A stretch of DNA of 63,588 bases, the filler included, from Choristocarpus tenellus KU-1152 (taxonomy: Eukaryota; Protista; Phaeophyceae): the NCBI GenBank assembly GCA_964200185.2. It is 12 parts of 12 records of this genome, joined end to end, with 100 filler letters (N's around TTAATTAATTAA, not from the genome) between each part and the next. Parts side by side here need not be neighbours in the genome. Positions count along the whole stretch, not along the records: positions 38,048 to 41,594 come from CAXNAD020019338.1; positions 41,695 to 44,556 come from CAXNAD020024131.1; positions 44,657 to 49,684 come from CAXNAD020012119.1; positions 49,785 to 56,275 come from CAXNAD020008013.1; 8 more parts are not named here. One strand, given 5' to 3'. The notes under the pieces are model-generated. The model did no database searches. It had not been told where the DNA came from and saw only the letters and a program-made list of their open reading frames with translations. Below, one piece after another: positions 38,400 through 49,945 of this stretch (positions within the stretch are counted from its first letter, which is position 1; each line of letters opens with the position of its first letter). The position numbers were made by a program, and so were the translations under genes.

Positions 38400-39260
38400 A
38401 CCATAAACAGGTGGTTGGATGATATGGGGGCTATGCCGAATCGCCACTGGATCAAAGCCAAGCTTAAATCGTGGCAAAAGGTATGAAAAATTGACTGTGT
38501 TTGCGATCAAGTGGACCATAAACGTGGTGTGTACACCTCCATGGCGAACACGATCCAAGTGGAAGAAACCTGGTTTTACGTGATGGCTGATGGGGAAAGG
38601 GTTAGGGTATTCCGCGTGAGGATGATAGCGACCTTCCAGGGTCCCTTATTCTGCAGCACAAGAGTCATGTCCCCAAAACCATGATCATTGCAGTCAACTC
38701 CCGCCCAGATTCGGCTCATAGTTTTGGTGGAAGCTTGGTGTTTGGCGTGTGTGTGCGTCAAAAACGGCAGTCAGGACAATCAAGAACCATAAAAAGGGGG
38801 ATGTGCATGAGCAGGACTGTACTTTAGACCATTTGTGGTACAGGAAGTGGTACACGGAGGAGTTCCTGCCTGCAATCAAGACGAAGATGCCTTGGTTGCA
38901 GGGGAAGCATGTTGTCGTTCAGCAAGACGGTGCCACCCCACACACGGGCAAGGGAAACTCAGAAATCTTTTCAGGGGCAGAGAAGACTGAGGGGTGGTCG
39001 ATTAGGCTTGTGATGCAGCCATCTAACTCCCCCCAACCTCAACATCATGAACCAGCGCTTCTTCAGGTCTTTGACATGTTGGGTGATAGCGGAGCAGTTT
39101 GGGTCTGTTGACGAGATGTTGAAGGTCATTAAGAAACAGTTTGAGTAGTATGATGAAACCACTCTTGAGAGGGCTTGGCAGCTCCTTTTTGTGGTGTACA
39201 ATGGAGCACTTAGATACAAAGAGGGGAATGACTTCAGTGTGGAGCACACAGGGGTAAGGT
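38400..39260 (+). mobile_element. Degenerate Tc1/mariner transposase (DD39D-like)
   Basis: HWIKAKL, IQVEETWFY, HKSHVPKTM, LPAIKTKMP...VVVQQDGATPH and LVMQPSNSP followed by LNIMNQRFF occur in the canonical order, with stops and frameshifts. Confidence 0.88.
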
Positions 39261-40411
39261 AATGAAGAGGCAGTTGCCTGGTGAGGTTGAAAACACGCCA
39301 AAGGTAGCCATGGAGACCTTGTCTGCGGCTGATAAAAATCGTGATGGATGGGGAGTAATAATAACACAAAGAGCTGAGCCTAAACATAAATTCGTCAAGG
39401 ATTCCAAATCTTCTTTTAGAAATGAATTTCATCATCTTCAAAAGTTATGGGCAACGCAGCACAGACTTATGGCATGGAGATAATATATTTTTTCGAGAGG
39501 CAAAATGTAATATCGTATGCCACTTTTTGCTTCATCACTAGCAAAAACTTACGATCTATGGACACTGAGCAGTGAGTACATTGGAAAGATCGGAATCCTG
39601 GCGTTCCACTGCTGTACCTTTTATCTGCAAGGTTGTCCGTTATGTAGTATAGCTTTGAGGTTGAGCTGTTTTTTTGTGGTTGTTAAATCGGGTATGCTAT
39701 AATTTCGACCTAACATCTTCCAATAAAGCAACGGATTCTCACATGTGGTCGCTTGGGAACCTCCAAATCAAGGCTTCCTAGGGGTCTCCACGGTTCAAAG
39801 TCGCTCGCGAGATATAAGCGATCCCCCACATGGAAATCTTAAATATTGCAGGGTTTGGATTATGGAAAAACGAAAGTCTATCCTCGCAATCTATCAATGC
39901 TGAGTGATATATTGGAAAGATCTGAACATTCACGTTCCCCAGGTATTTTATTCATCTTTGAGGAAGTCCTAGGTCTTGCATAGTGGTGTCTAGAAGTTGA
40001 GAGATCTGCCTACTAAGGATTGACCAACCGGATTGGGAATAATTTCGGCGATGATGACGTCAAATGAAGTAATGGGTTCTTCCATACGGTAGCCGGGAAT
40101 TATGTGGGGCACCCCACAGCCTCAGATTCGCAAAGCTCGAAGTCGTTCATGACACATAGGTGATCTCGCACAGGAGTATTGCGATTTAAATTTTGAGGAC
40201 TTTGAGATAGGACGTGGATCATGCGGAAGATAAGGCTCGGCAGGAACATAGACTAGGCCCCAAATGCGCGAAAGGAGACGAAGATACCTAAAAAAACATA
40301 GGCTACTACTCATTTGTTGTTTCCTTGATACGATACAGCTCCACCAGTTGGTTGGTCCGCTACGCACTGGTCGTTTTGTCACTATAGTATTGGCAATCAC
40401 CTCCAGGACAG

Positions 40412-40726
40412 ATCAGTCTTGCTTTTCTTTTAAAGTTTGGTCGACGAGTTAAACAACGATCAGCATATTGAATGAAAGCTCTTGATCTAAACTATCGATT
40501 TCCGGAAAGGAATTCTTTGGCAAAATTATTTTGGTAAGGTTAAATTTTAACCGAATGTTTTCGGGACAAACCTTGAAAATGTTTCGGAATGAGTTATCAC
40601 GACCAAAAATATTCTTGCGAAAGAATTTCTTTGCGTAAATCGATAGCCTAGATCCAGAGCGTTCAATTGATATGCTGATCGTCGATTAACGCGTTGACCA
40701 ACCCTTTAAAGAAAATCAAGATTGGT
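40412..40726. mobile_element. Foldback-type palindromic element
   Basis: Imperfect inverted arms of about 130 bp, e.g. TTGGTCGACGAGTTAAACAACGATCAGCATAT against ATATGCTGATCGTCGATTAACGCGTTGACCAA, with a short spacer. Confidence 0.85.
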
Positions 40727-40789
40727 AGCCACCAAAACAGTACGTGGGCGAACCTCGGCTTAATACTGTTTGCGCCCCTCACAGGACAC

Positions 40790-41070
40790 TGTGATGCCCA
40801 ATGAGCTCCAAGTTGTCGCCTGCCCCTCACACAACACTGTGAATTGAACCCGATAGAGATGATCTGGGGGCGGGCAAAACACCATGTACGAGGCCACTGT
40901 GACTACATGTTGCCTGGAATGAGAGCCAACATTGCTGTCTGTCATAAGGAGGAAGGGGGACTGTCCAGAGTAATCGTGGAGAGGTTCTTCAGGATGAGTA
41001 TTGCTTACCACTTGATATATTCCAACGAGAAAGACATGGAGTGTACAAGACAACTAAGTCTCACAGGAGG
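40790..41070 (+). mobile_element. IS630/Tc1-type DDE transposase C-terminal remnant
   Basis: HCELNPIEMIWGRAKHHVRGHCDY matches the H.ELNPIE..W..AK motif around the catalytic Glu. Confidence 0.75.
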
Positions 41071-41527
41071 CCTGGCCTGCACCTTCAGAATACCTCATTC
41101 GAATTAGTATGGATTGTGTGGTTCAGAGGCCCAGGCCCCCATACGTGAGACTTAGTCAGCAGGTGACAACATCACATAAACGGGAAATAATGGAAAGAGA
41201 ATGGAGAGACAACAACGTGCACGTTCTTCCGGGTGAAGATGGCCTCTTCTAGCGTCAAAATCATCTTAAAATGCGCGCAGACTACTTTATGTACGTATGG
41301 TCCTATATTTCTCACAATTACTGGAAGTTGACCAACCGAGACCCATCACATAACGTTAAGCATGCTCATGCGATCACAGCAAACGAATGTTCACGAAAAA
41401 AATCGTTGTTGATCAAAAGTTATGGCACTACAACGTTGATACAGGAGACGACTGCAAACACTGTAGTTCATCATCAACACATCAATTACCATCAGAACAG
41501 CACAGTACAGAACAGAACAGTACAGAA

Positions 41528-41594
41528 GAGTGAAAGTATCTTAGAGGGTACGAGTTTTGCCCTGTTTGTCCATTTGGGGCTTGACTTCCCTCGG
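41528..41594 (+). mobile_element. MITE family A, copy A7 (cut by gap)
   Basis: The left TIR and subterminal box are intact up to the N-run. Confidence 0.9.
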
Positions 41595-42160
41595 NNNNNN
41601 NNNNNNNNNNNNNNNNNNNNNNNNNNNNNNNNNNNNNNTTAATTAATTAANNNNNNNNNNNNNNNNNNNNNNNNNNNNNNNNNNNNNNNNNNNNCCCCTC
41701 CCAGATACTTTGGGTCATAGTCCTCATAGCACTTCCTACGGTTGCACTGGCACGCCTATCAAAGCATCAGCGCGTCTCTTGTTGGCAGAAATTCGGAGAA
41801 AAATTATTATTGTTTCCCTTCTGACCCTTCTTTATACACTTCAGGCTGCTGCTGGGTCTGTTTCCTCAGTCGGTTTTTGTAACTTGGTGGATTGAAAAAT
41901 TCATCAACCAGATACACACCACAAAGCAAAAACTCGCACAACTAGAGAGAGTAGGATAAGTGCACTAGGGCAACAAAGTGCTCTATAGCGATAGAAGCAC
42001 GCACACAACATGGTGCCAGACCAGGTTTCATGTAAACAAGCTTTGCATCAGCAACAACAGAATACACGATGCATACATACTGGAATATATACATAAGGGA
42101 TTTCGAACTCTGTTCCCTCTCACAGAACAGGATGACCAAAAAAAACTCCTATGAAATTGT

Positions 42161-42338
42161 GACCCAAAGTATCTGGGAGGGGGGTGAGGTCTAAACCAGG
42201 GTGTCCATTTGGACCAAAATCAGCAAAGTGAATTTATATTATCCATTCGACATATGCAACCAAATTACCTAAAATCGCGACATGAAAAAATCGACTCCAA
42301 ATGAACAGTCGCCACCCCCCCCCCAGATACTTTGAGCC
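42161..42338 (+). mobile_element. MITE family B, complete copy (TSD TGT)
   Basis: TIRs GACCCAAAGTATCTGGG...CCCAGATACTTTGAGCC. A paralogous empty site exists near 58140. Confidence 0.95.
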
Positions 42339-43499
42339 TGTGTCACTCTGGGTTTCAATAAGCGACTCTGAATTAAAAAGATTCTGCGTTCACAACGATT
42401 ATAGGGGTCCTCCAATTTATTGCCAAGATTCAATTTATGCAATTAACTGTACGTGGACTAATCAGTGCAACATAATACTGTGCTGCATAAATATCAGAGG
42501 GCATAATAATATATAGGAGGGACTTGTGAGGTGGAGAATGTTGTGAGCATACAAAAACCGATAGTTCTGCTTTCAAGCAAAAATAATTAGAGTCCTGAGC
42601 ACTCATGGCCCTCTGTCCGCCACCCTGGGATGAGGTCAGTAACCTGGCAAACTTGATATATTGTCCTCCTGATGTTTTTACATGGACAATGTTTGCCAAG
42701 AAGAGTGTAGACTTGTCGAATTGTTGTGGATGATAACTTTCTTTGACTGCTACTTTGTTCCAATAGGTAATGCAAACATTCTTTGTGAGATCCATCTTCC
42801 AAAGAAGGTATACCCTGAAGGTAACCTATCTCGAAGAATCTGATATTCATATGGCAGTTAGTTGTTCATGCATGTTGAAGGTAACATCTGCTTGAAGAAA
42901 GAGCGGGTAGTTTGAGGCGACCTTACAAAACCCCCCTCATTCACTTGGCACTTGTTCACTCCTTTCCAGAGTGATCTTTTGAGGGATTTCTCTCCCTCTT
43001 GACTTGTCTCTCTCTCTTTCCTCGCCTTCTGTGAGTCCCCTTCATTACGAAGAACTTGTCGGCTTGTTTCCATCTGTGTTTCATATCGTACGATAATTTC
43101 TTCACTTTGCCCCTGACACATCTGGAAAATGTTAGTGGATGCATATATATATATATATATATACTTCCAAGTATTAGTTACATAAAATAATTAATAATGG
43201 TACGTACAATATTTGAATATGTAGGATGAAATTGGAAGGAATGTTCTGTGTCCCTTAATAACCCTCTTTGTTGTAACATTTATACTCCTCTCTCTTGGAA
43301 CTTCCAAGACTTTCTCAAACTCAAGAATATTCAGTATATTTGTGATTAGGGTGGATTTAACACTAATAAAGAGTATGGATACTACTACATGTTCCAACGA
43401 ATGTACGCATCGGATTGGTAGGAAGCATCACTACATACCTACCTATATAAATACATATATATACTTATTGATACATTTCCAACCCTAGACATGACGTCA

Positions 43500-43900
43500 T
43501 GGACCACTCTCAAGCTGATCCATATTCCACGACCCCAATCCAAGGATTGTGGACAGAGTTGCAGGAAAGCAGTGCCGTAGATCAAGCACTTTAACTTGCG
43601 GGAGAGAATCTGGGAGAGTGAGGTAGGAGGGTACTCTGACGTGGGTTGATCTTGGTCGCAATAAACTCTATTATAGCTCGAAACCAAGCACATTGGACAG
43701 CGAACTATGGGTGAAGGTGTCAGCCTTGTGACCTCAACTTGGGTAGTTCAGTGATCACGACTGGGTGCGCTACTTGCTAATCGAGTTGAAGTCTTGTTCC
43801 AGTTTGAAATGACGCGACATTTAGTGCTGTGGTTCAAGTCGCTAACCAGGATGTATAGAAGAACCTCCCCTCCATCGATCATAGACCAAGTTGTTTAACA
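43500..43900 (-). mobile_element. Gypsy-like protease remnant
   Basis: SMIDGG (DSG-like) lies upstream of LIYGTAFLQLCPQSLDWGRG (ILG.DFL...P.IDW-like). Frameshifted. Confidence 0.5.
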
Positions 43901-44656
43901 AACGCCGTGGAGTGTTTTCTCCTGTACAACCCCCGTGAATAGATAGCATTTGCTTGATGTACAACTTACCAGGACTGATGCACTCCCTGAATTGCTGTAC
44001 TCCCTACCATCCCATATCCGTGAGTCGGGTTCTAGCTTGAATATCCTTTGCTCCCAAAATGTCTGCTTTCTTGTACCATGTCTTTTCAAGAGCCCACTCA
44101 ATTGTATCTAACTTAGTAAGCACCCAACCTATCACCCTCCGCCCCCATTCCCCAATACAAAGAGAAGGAAATGGGACCTAACTCTGGAGGAGGAAGGAAG
44201 AACAAAGCGGATACCAACAAGTCGTCTGCCCGTGGTCGATTCAGCAACTGTGCCTTCCCTGGGAATAAGGTCACTATTGACTTTTATGCACTGTTTGTGG
44301 CGTGGGCCCCACGCTGCCCGCTCTGAATACCAATCCCATATTGAACGATTATATTAGCATTCTTTCACGCGTGATGAACCAACTTGAACTTCAATCCCAT
44401 TGTTTTGGGCGCATCTCAACATCGATGGGACCAGGCCAAGCGTGTGGATAAGGGTGGGAAAGGGGGTGGTGCAGGTGGGAGGGGAGGAGGTGGAAAGTCT
44501 TTGGGGGGCAGGGGTAGTGGTGGACATGGTGCTGGTGACTTGGGTGGGGGTAGAGGNNNNNNNNNNNNNNNNNNNNNNNNNNNNNNNNNNNNNNNNNNNN
44601 TTAATTAATTAANNNNNNNNNNNNNNNNNNNNNNNNNNNNNNNNNNNNNNNNNNNN

Positions 44657-44758
44657 TGTGGTCGGTGGATGGATACTGTAAATGCACTTTTCCTGATTTT
44701 GGTCCAAATGGACACTCTGGTGTAGACCCCCCCCCCCCCCTCTCGGATACTTTGGGTC
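44657..44758 (-). mobile_element. MITE family B, partial copy at a contig end (similar gap-cut copies at 9275-9296, 34098-34167, 38048-38092, 41695-41716, 56376-56478, 60751-60781)
   Basis: Each piece carries a family-B TIR and/or internal sequence and ends at an N-spacer. Confidence 0.88.
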
Positions 44759-44936
44759 ACTTTGTGGGCATTGTGAGATGTATTGTGCCCTGCGCCCACT
44801 GGGTCCTGATTCAATCCTGTCCTCACCCTCTCCCCATCCCTCTGTTAATATTGAATTGCATGAATCGTTGGGTTGGTTTTGATGAAGGTTGCTGTGTATA
44901 GGTTTGTAATATTGTAAAGCAAAGATATGACCCAGT

Positions 44937-45520
44937 GAGTCAAAGTATGCAAGAAGTACCCAGAGTTGCATTTTAAGGATATCCGCAACTACATGTAAAA
45001 CTCAACTTTCTCTACAAACGTGAATAGGATATTTTCCGAATACTATCGAAATGTTTCAAATGTGATGGACAGATCCCGTTGGGAGCTGATCTCAGTCCAG
45101 TCCACATCCGTGCGCACATATAACTGCATTGCGCACACATTTCTTCGCCATTGGTGTGATGTTCCCATCAACATCAAACACGGAGAAGTCCTAAGGATTC
45201 TCAGACCACTTGTAGTTGATGTTCACAAGGATGTGATGTCGCCCATTGGATCCAAGTTTCATTCAAACTTCTGCTAAGATTTTATGGTTGAGAGAGCTTT
45301 GGGTTTGCTGAAAACACCCCACCATGACACAACTGGTGATTCTGAACACCTCCCATGACTGACTGGACCTTGCCTCACGACACAAACAACAGAGAAATAA
45401 ACCCTCTACTGTCAAAACTTAGCATCAATCCATAGAAATATAGGTGAATTGCAAAGAGTGAAAAACCGCCTTAAAATGCAAAACGGCCGAAAACTGGGTA
45501 CCTCTCGTTTACTTTGACTC
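44937..45520 (+). mobile_element. MITE family D, copy D2, carrying a nested solo LTR
   Basis: Same TIR type as D1. It aligns with D1 once 45061-45382 and one CAAA are removed. Confidence 0.85.
45061..45382. mobile_element. Solo LTR (322 bp) nested in MITE D2
   Basis: Begins TGTGATG and ends CACGACA (TG...CA), flanked by CAAA on both sides. It is absent from D1. Confidence 0.75.
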
Positions 45521-45903
45521 ATTGCACTGAAACACAGTTGGAATTCAATGCGATAAATCTTGCAAAGTGCTTGCGAAGAGGCCAATTGAATACTGTAAGG
45601 TATGGCGCCATTCAGTGCTGTGGTTCAGGACAGTGGTGCATTCTCTGAGCAGAGGCTTGTTCTCCCTCATAGAGAAGGTTGTGGATACATTATTTCATTA
45701 ACCCTGAACAAATCCCATCCAGTTGTGTGTTGGAGGTACACTTCTAGCAGAGTGAATTCAAAGTCTGAGGAGGGGGCAACACCAAAAAAAGTGTAGTATG
45801 AGATACTAGGGTTGCTTGCTCTGTGAGAAAAATAAAAGGACTCAACTCTACTTCTAGTTCAACTCACATGTGTCATGTACTGAAATTCATATGTTGAAGA
45901 TTA

Positions 45904-46083
45904 GGCTCTAAGTATCTGGGGGGGGTGGCTGCTGTCCATTTGGGGTAATTTTTTCATATCAAGATTTTTGTGTTTTTTGGTTGCATACATCAGATGGATA
46001 ATAAAAGTCCACTTTTCCTGATTAATGGTTCAAATGGACACCCTGGTGTAGACCCCTCGCCCCCCCCCCAGATACTTTGGGTC
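45904..46083 (-). mobile_element. MITE family B, complete copy (TSD TTA)
   Basis: TTA|GGC...GTC|TTA. Confidence 0.95.
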
Positions 46084-46399
46084 TTATCTAGCAAATCCAA
46101 GGATCGAACCATCCTGTAAGTATGTAGAGTGCAATTGTAAGTCGTGATCATATACCATGCACATCGGCATACATGCAATGTGATTGCTTACACGCTAAGG
46201 GAACATCACCAGTGAACGGGCCAACAGTCGACACTGCTTGATAGTATCAAACAATATCTACGAATCGCAGACGGAGTAACCTATGATTTAACACCCTCTT
46301 CCTCATACTACTGACATTGTGTCCATGTCTGCACCCAATGCCCCTACTCCTGCTGCTGCATCCTCTTCTACTCCTGACCAGCACACCTATGCTAATGAC

Positions 46400-46720
46400 A
46401 ACAGTCATTTCTTCTGCATTACCACCTGACGGGGCCCTACAAAGAATCTCCTCCATAGTCTCCAAAACCGCAACGTATCCATCATGGTTGACAGGTTCAC
46501 AGCCTGGCAAGCGCTGAAGGACAAATACAAGGCAACAGCGAAGGAGCGGATGAGGGTGGTCAGCTGGCGATTTTAGCATTGCTTAATGGAGCTTGGCAGG
46601 ATCCCAATCTGTGCTTCCTTCGACTACATGAAGCTAAGATGAACTTGATGGGTTCGGAGAAACGATTAGTGACTTTTGATTGTGCTCTCTCATCAGCGAC
46701 ATGCCTATTGGCTCGGACAC
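46400..46720 (+). mobile_element. Copia gag remnant
   Basis: FTAWQALKDKYKATAKERMRVV matches the AW.AL..KY......R copia gag motif. The rest is degenerate. Confidence 0.6.
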
Positions 46721-47899
46721 ATTGAGCCAAGTATGGTTCAGAGTCAATGTAAATGAGAGCTACCCAGGTTTTGACCGTCTTGCAATTTTTGCCGCTCTTT
46801 TCATCTTTTACAATTCACCCTATTTTGTGGATGAAGTGCTAAGATTGTCTTGAGAGCATTTATTTCTCCATCATTTGAAAGTTTGGACAGAAGTCAGAAA
46901 CATCCCTTACACACATTTGTGCAAAAAATCGAATTCTCTACATATTTATTTGTCAACATCCTTTAAATGCAACCCTAGGAACCTCTTGTTTACTTTGGCT
47001 CTCAACGCAAACTCAATTGACTCCCTCCTCACGGCCATCATCAGGGCAGTGTATAACAATGACCTCAATGTCCATAATGCTGCCTCTGATGGGTCTCCTA
47101 CATGTTGTGCTTGCTGTCCAGACTTGACCCTGCTATCTCTGCCGACAACCTAGCTCACCATCCGCACCACTGCCCTTCATATTGTCCTACCCCATCTCCC
47201 TCGTCCACATCCCCTGTCCCCTGTCAAGCCCCATGGAGCTTGACCCCACACATTCCGACCAAGACTGCTGGGCCCAGCGTCGCCGGTCCCATCTCCCTTC
47301 AACATCACCCCCCTCCTGTCCATGTTCCCATTCACCAACCCCCCCCTCCCACTACGGTCTTCCCTTTCCACCCCCGCTCTTCCACTCCAACACCCCTCAC
47401 CATGCAGACCCTGCCACCCAGGCTCCTACTACCAACCCCCCGTCTAACAAGTGGGGTATGGATGACCATGGGTACTACTTTCACTCAGTCATCATCACGA
47501 GTTCCCCACACTTTTGATTCCATCTCCAATATTAATTACTCAGTCTGCGCTGCTCATCTGCCTGGCCCCATCATTCTCTCCTCCACCAGAACCTTTCTGT
47601 CTCACACCGCTCACCTGCCTTCGTCCATCACTGTATCTGGCATTCGAAGCTGTCAAATTTCTGCAGATTACTTCTCTACCTTCACCGACCAAACCCATTG
47701 TGACACCTTCCCTCCTGTTCATTCACCTCTCCTTCACAGTCGTACTGGTCCCTGGCCTTGGTCGCCAACTGCACTTCACATCTGCAGCAACAGCCCTGAG
47801 GTGGACCACCATCCTATTACCTAATCCTCGCCTGGTCAAAACGTTGTCCTGGAACCTCCATCCTGCTCCTTCCCTGTACCTTCTGGATGTTTTCCGTTG

Positions 47900-48176
47900 G
47901 AGTGAAAGTGTCTTAGAGGGTACGGGTTTTTTCCTGTTTGTCCATTTGGGGCTTGGCTTCCATTTAGGGCTTGGCTTCTCATGAGTATTTTATGATATTT
48001 TACCTACTCCAAAATGGTTCGGAATAGGAAAAATGTACACATTATGAAAAGGAGTGTCCAGAACAAAGATATTGATATCTCCTAACAAACATGATAGTCA
48101 AAATGACATCAAAATTGCAACATTGGATTTTGACCCCCAAATGGACGCGGCTCTACCCTCTAAGATACTTTGACTC
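47900..48176 (+). mobile_element. MITE family A, copy A8 (TSD TTG)
   Basis: TTG|GAG...CTC|TTG, with a small internal duplication. Confidence 0.95.
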
Positions 48177-48179
48177 TTG

Positions 48180-48530
48180 CCTCCGTGCCACTGCGCCATC
48201 TATCTTGACCAAGCACCCTTTCGTCATCTCTGCCTTGCTTGACTTGGCTTGGGACCAGGTCCTCCACTTCCACCACCATTGGAAATACCAACTACGATCT
48301 ACACCTAACCTGTGGCCTGCCTGGACGCCCCCATCCTGCACCCTCTCCCTCTACCTCTCCTTGATATTCTCCACAGTCGGCCTGATCCCTATGTTTACGC
48401 CAAAGGGGTGACTGGAGTCGCTATCTTTGGCTACATGGATGGCCTAGGTTTCACTGCTGATAACCCCTCCGACATGGAGACTATGCAGCACCACATACAT
48501 CACTTTGACATGGCACGCAGTTACTAATGA
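48180..48530 (+). mobile_element. Degenerate non-LTR RT fragment (the C-rich sequence from ~46960 probably belongs to the same relic)
   Basis: AIFGYMDGLGF resembles the YxDD catalytic motif. The strand is C-rich and is interrupted by a family-A MITE. Confidence 0.5.
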
Positions 48531-49585
48531 ATCCTCCTAAACTATATATTTGCAAGGAACGAACCAAGGCTCCAAATATGGATTCCTCTTTGCTAAATTG
48601 TGAGCATACACTACATAGGCCATAGATGCCCAAGACTCAGCAGGCACCAATGGTGAGGGTGAAGCTCCATTACCTCAAGGTGCGATTCGATCAGGAAGGA
48701 AGGAAGTGGCCCTCTGGGCGCCCGCACAGAGCCCAACTCCGTATGGGTCGAAGTGGGCATTTGGGCTAGAATCTGCTCTAAGAGAAACGACAAGTTTCGC
48801 AACTGAAGGTATTAAATGGGGCGGTGGCAGGGGGGATAAGGACACCACAAGTGACAAGGGACGAAGAATGGTAATATTCCTTCTAATTCTCAGTCCTTGC
48901 ATGTCTCCTGGCTTGAGTGAAATGCTTTACCTATTGTAGAGGAAGGGGGGATGAGGCCGCCATCTGCCCGATTGTTCTGTCTGCCATTTTGGTCATTGGC
49001 ATCTGTGATCAGAAGGAGACTTTCATTTATTTTATGGAAAAAGTCTTTGAGAAAGTGTAGGTTTCCCTCCCGTTGGATTAGATGAAGAAGTATGGAATGC
49101 TGTCATACTCCGGACTATGTACACTGCAGGCAGAGTTGGGAGAGGACAAGTACACATAATGGACTGCGTATCATAGCGTCGCTTTTGGGTGTTGTGGGTG
49201 CTGTATATTGACGGGTGGGAGGCAACGACACACAGGATAGGCACACTGCATTCAATCATAGAGGTTTGCTTGAAATGATGTTAGGAGGAAAGCGCTAGTT
49301 TCTAGACAAAAATGTTGACCAAGTTCGAAGGTACTGATCAGGGTTGGAAATGTAACTGTATCTTTCGTTTGCATCGTGCTCCTGCCTCACATGCACCAGT
49401 GTTGACCATGACGTTCTCGGTATTCTCTATGCTATCTTAGTGCTGTTAGCGTATTTTTGCGCTGCCTGACTTGCTGTAGTCCCTAGTGTGTCCTCTCTGT
49501 TCTATGTTGCCTGGAGGTTTCACCATGTTGCAAAGTCGATACATTGGCTTGGGAGAGGTGTCAAACATCGCTGGGCATGCTAAAT

Positions 49586-49684
49586 GGGTCAAAGTATCTG
49601 GGGGCGGGGGGGTGGTTTGTGAGGGGGCGTCCGTTTCGACCAAACAACTCTTTTTTTTGCTGACATTTCAAATCCGAAACGTGC
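49586..49684 (+). mobile_element. MITE family C fragment (related end at 34268-34312)
   Basis: The terminus GGGTCAAAGTATCTGGGGG resembles family B, but the interior differs. Cut by a gap. Confidence 0.65.
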
Positions 49685-49945
49685 NNNNNNNNNNNNNNNN
49701 NNNNNNNNNNNNNNNNNNNNNNNNNNNNTTAATTAATTAANNNNNNNNNNNNNNNNNNNNNNNNNNNNNNNNNNNNNNNNNNNNGGGGTGAACCTGATTG
49801 GCCAGACGAGCATAGCACGGGCAGGTTGTCCCGATGCGATTCGACCACCTCCGTGAAGGAGAAACTGTGTTCGGTGGTCTTTTTTGAAGATTGATGTGCT
49901 AGGTCGCTGTTGATGTCCTTGTTGTTTGCCCCCGTGGTGGTACAG

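Noticed and set aside
45250-45330. Harbinger-like peptide FHS...VERALGLLK inside MITE D2, suggesting D is a deletion derivative of a PIF/Harbinger element
   Set aside because: It lies inside the TG...CA segment with its own CAAA duplication, which is absent from D1. It belongs to a later insertion, has an in-frame stop nearby and lacks other DDE motifs.
48091-48411. Recurrent short ORFs containing KWTRLYPLRYF or TQSIW/DPKYL, which look like a peptide family
   Set aside because: They are translations of MITE A and B termini, with variable frames and no coding conservation.
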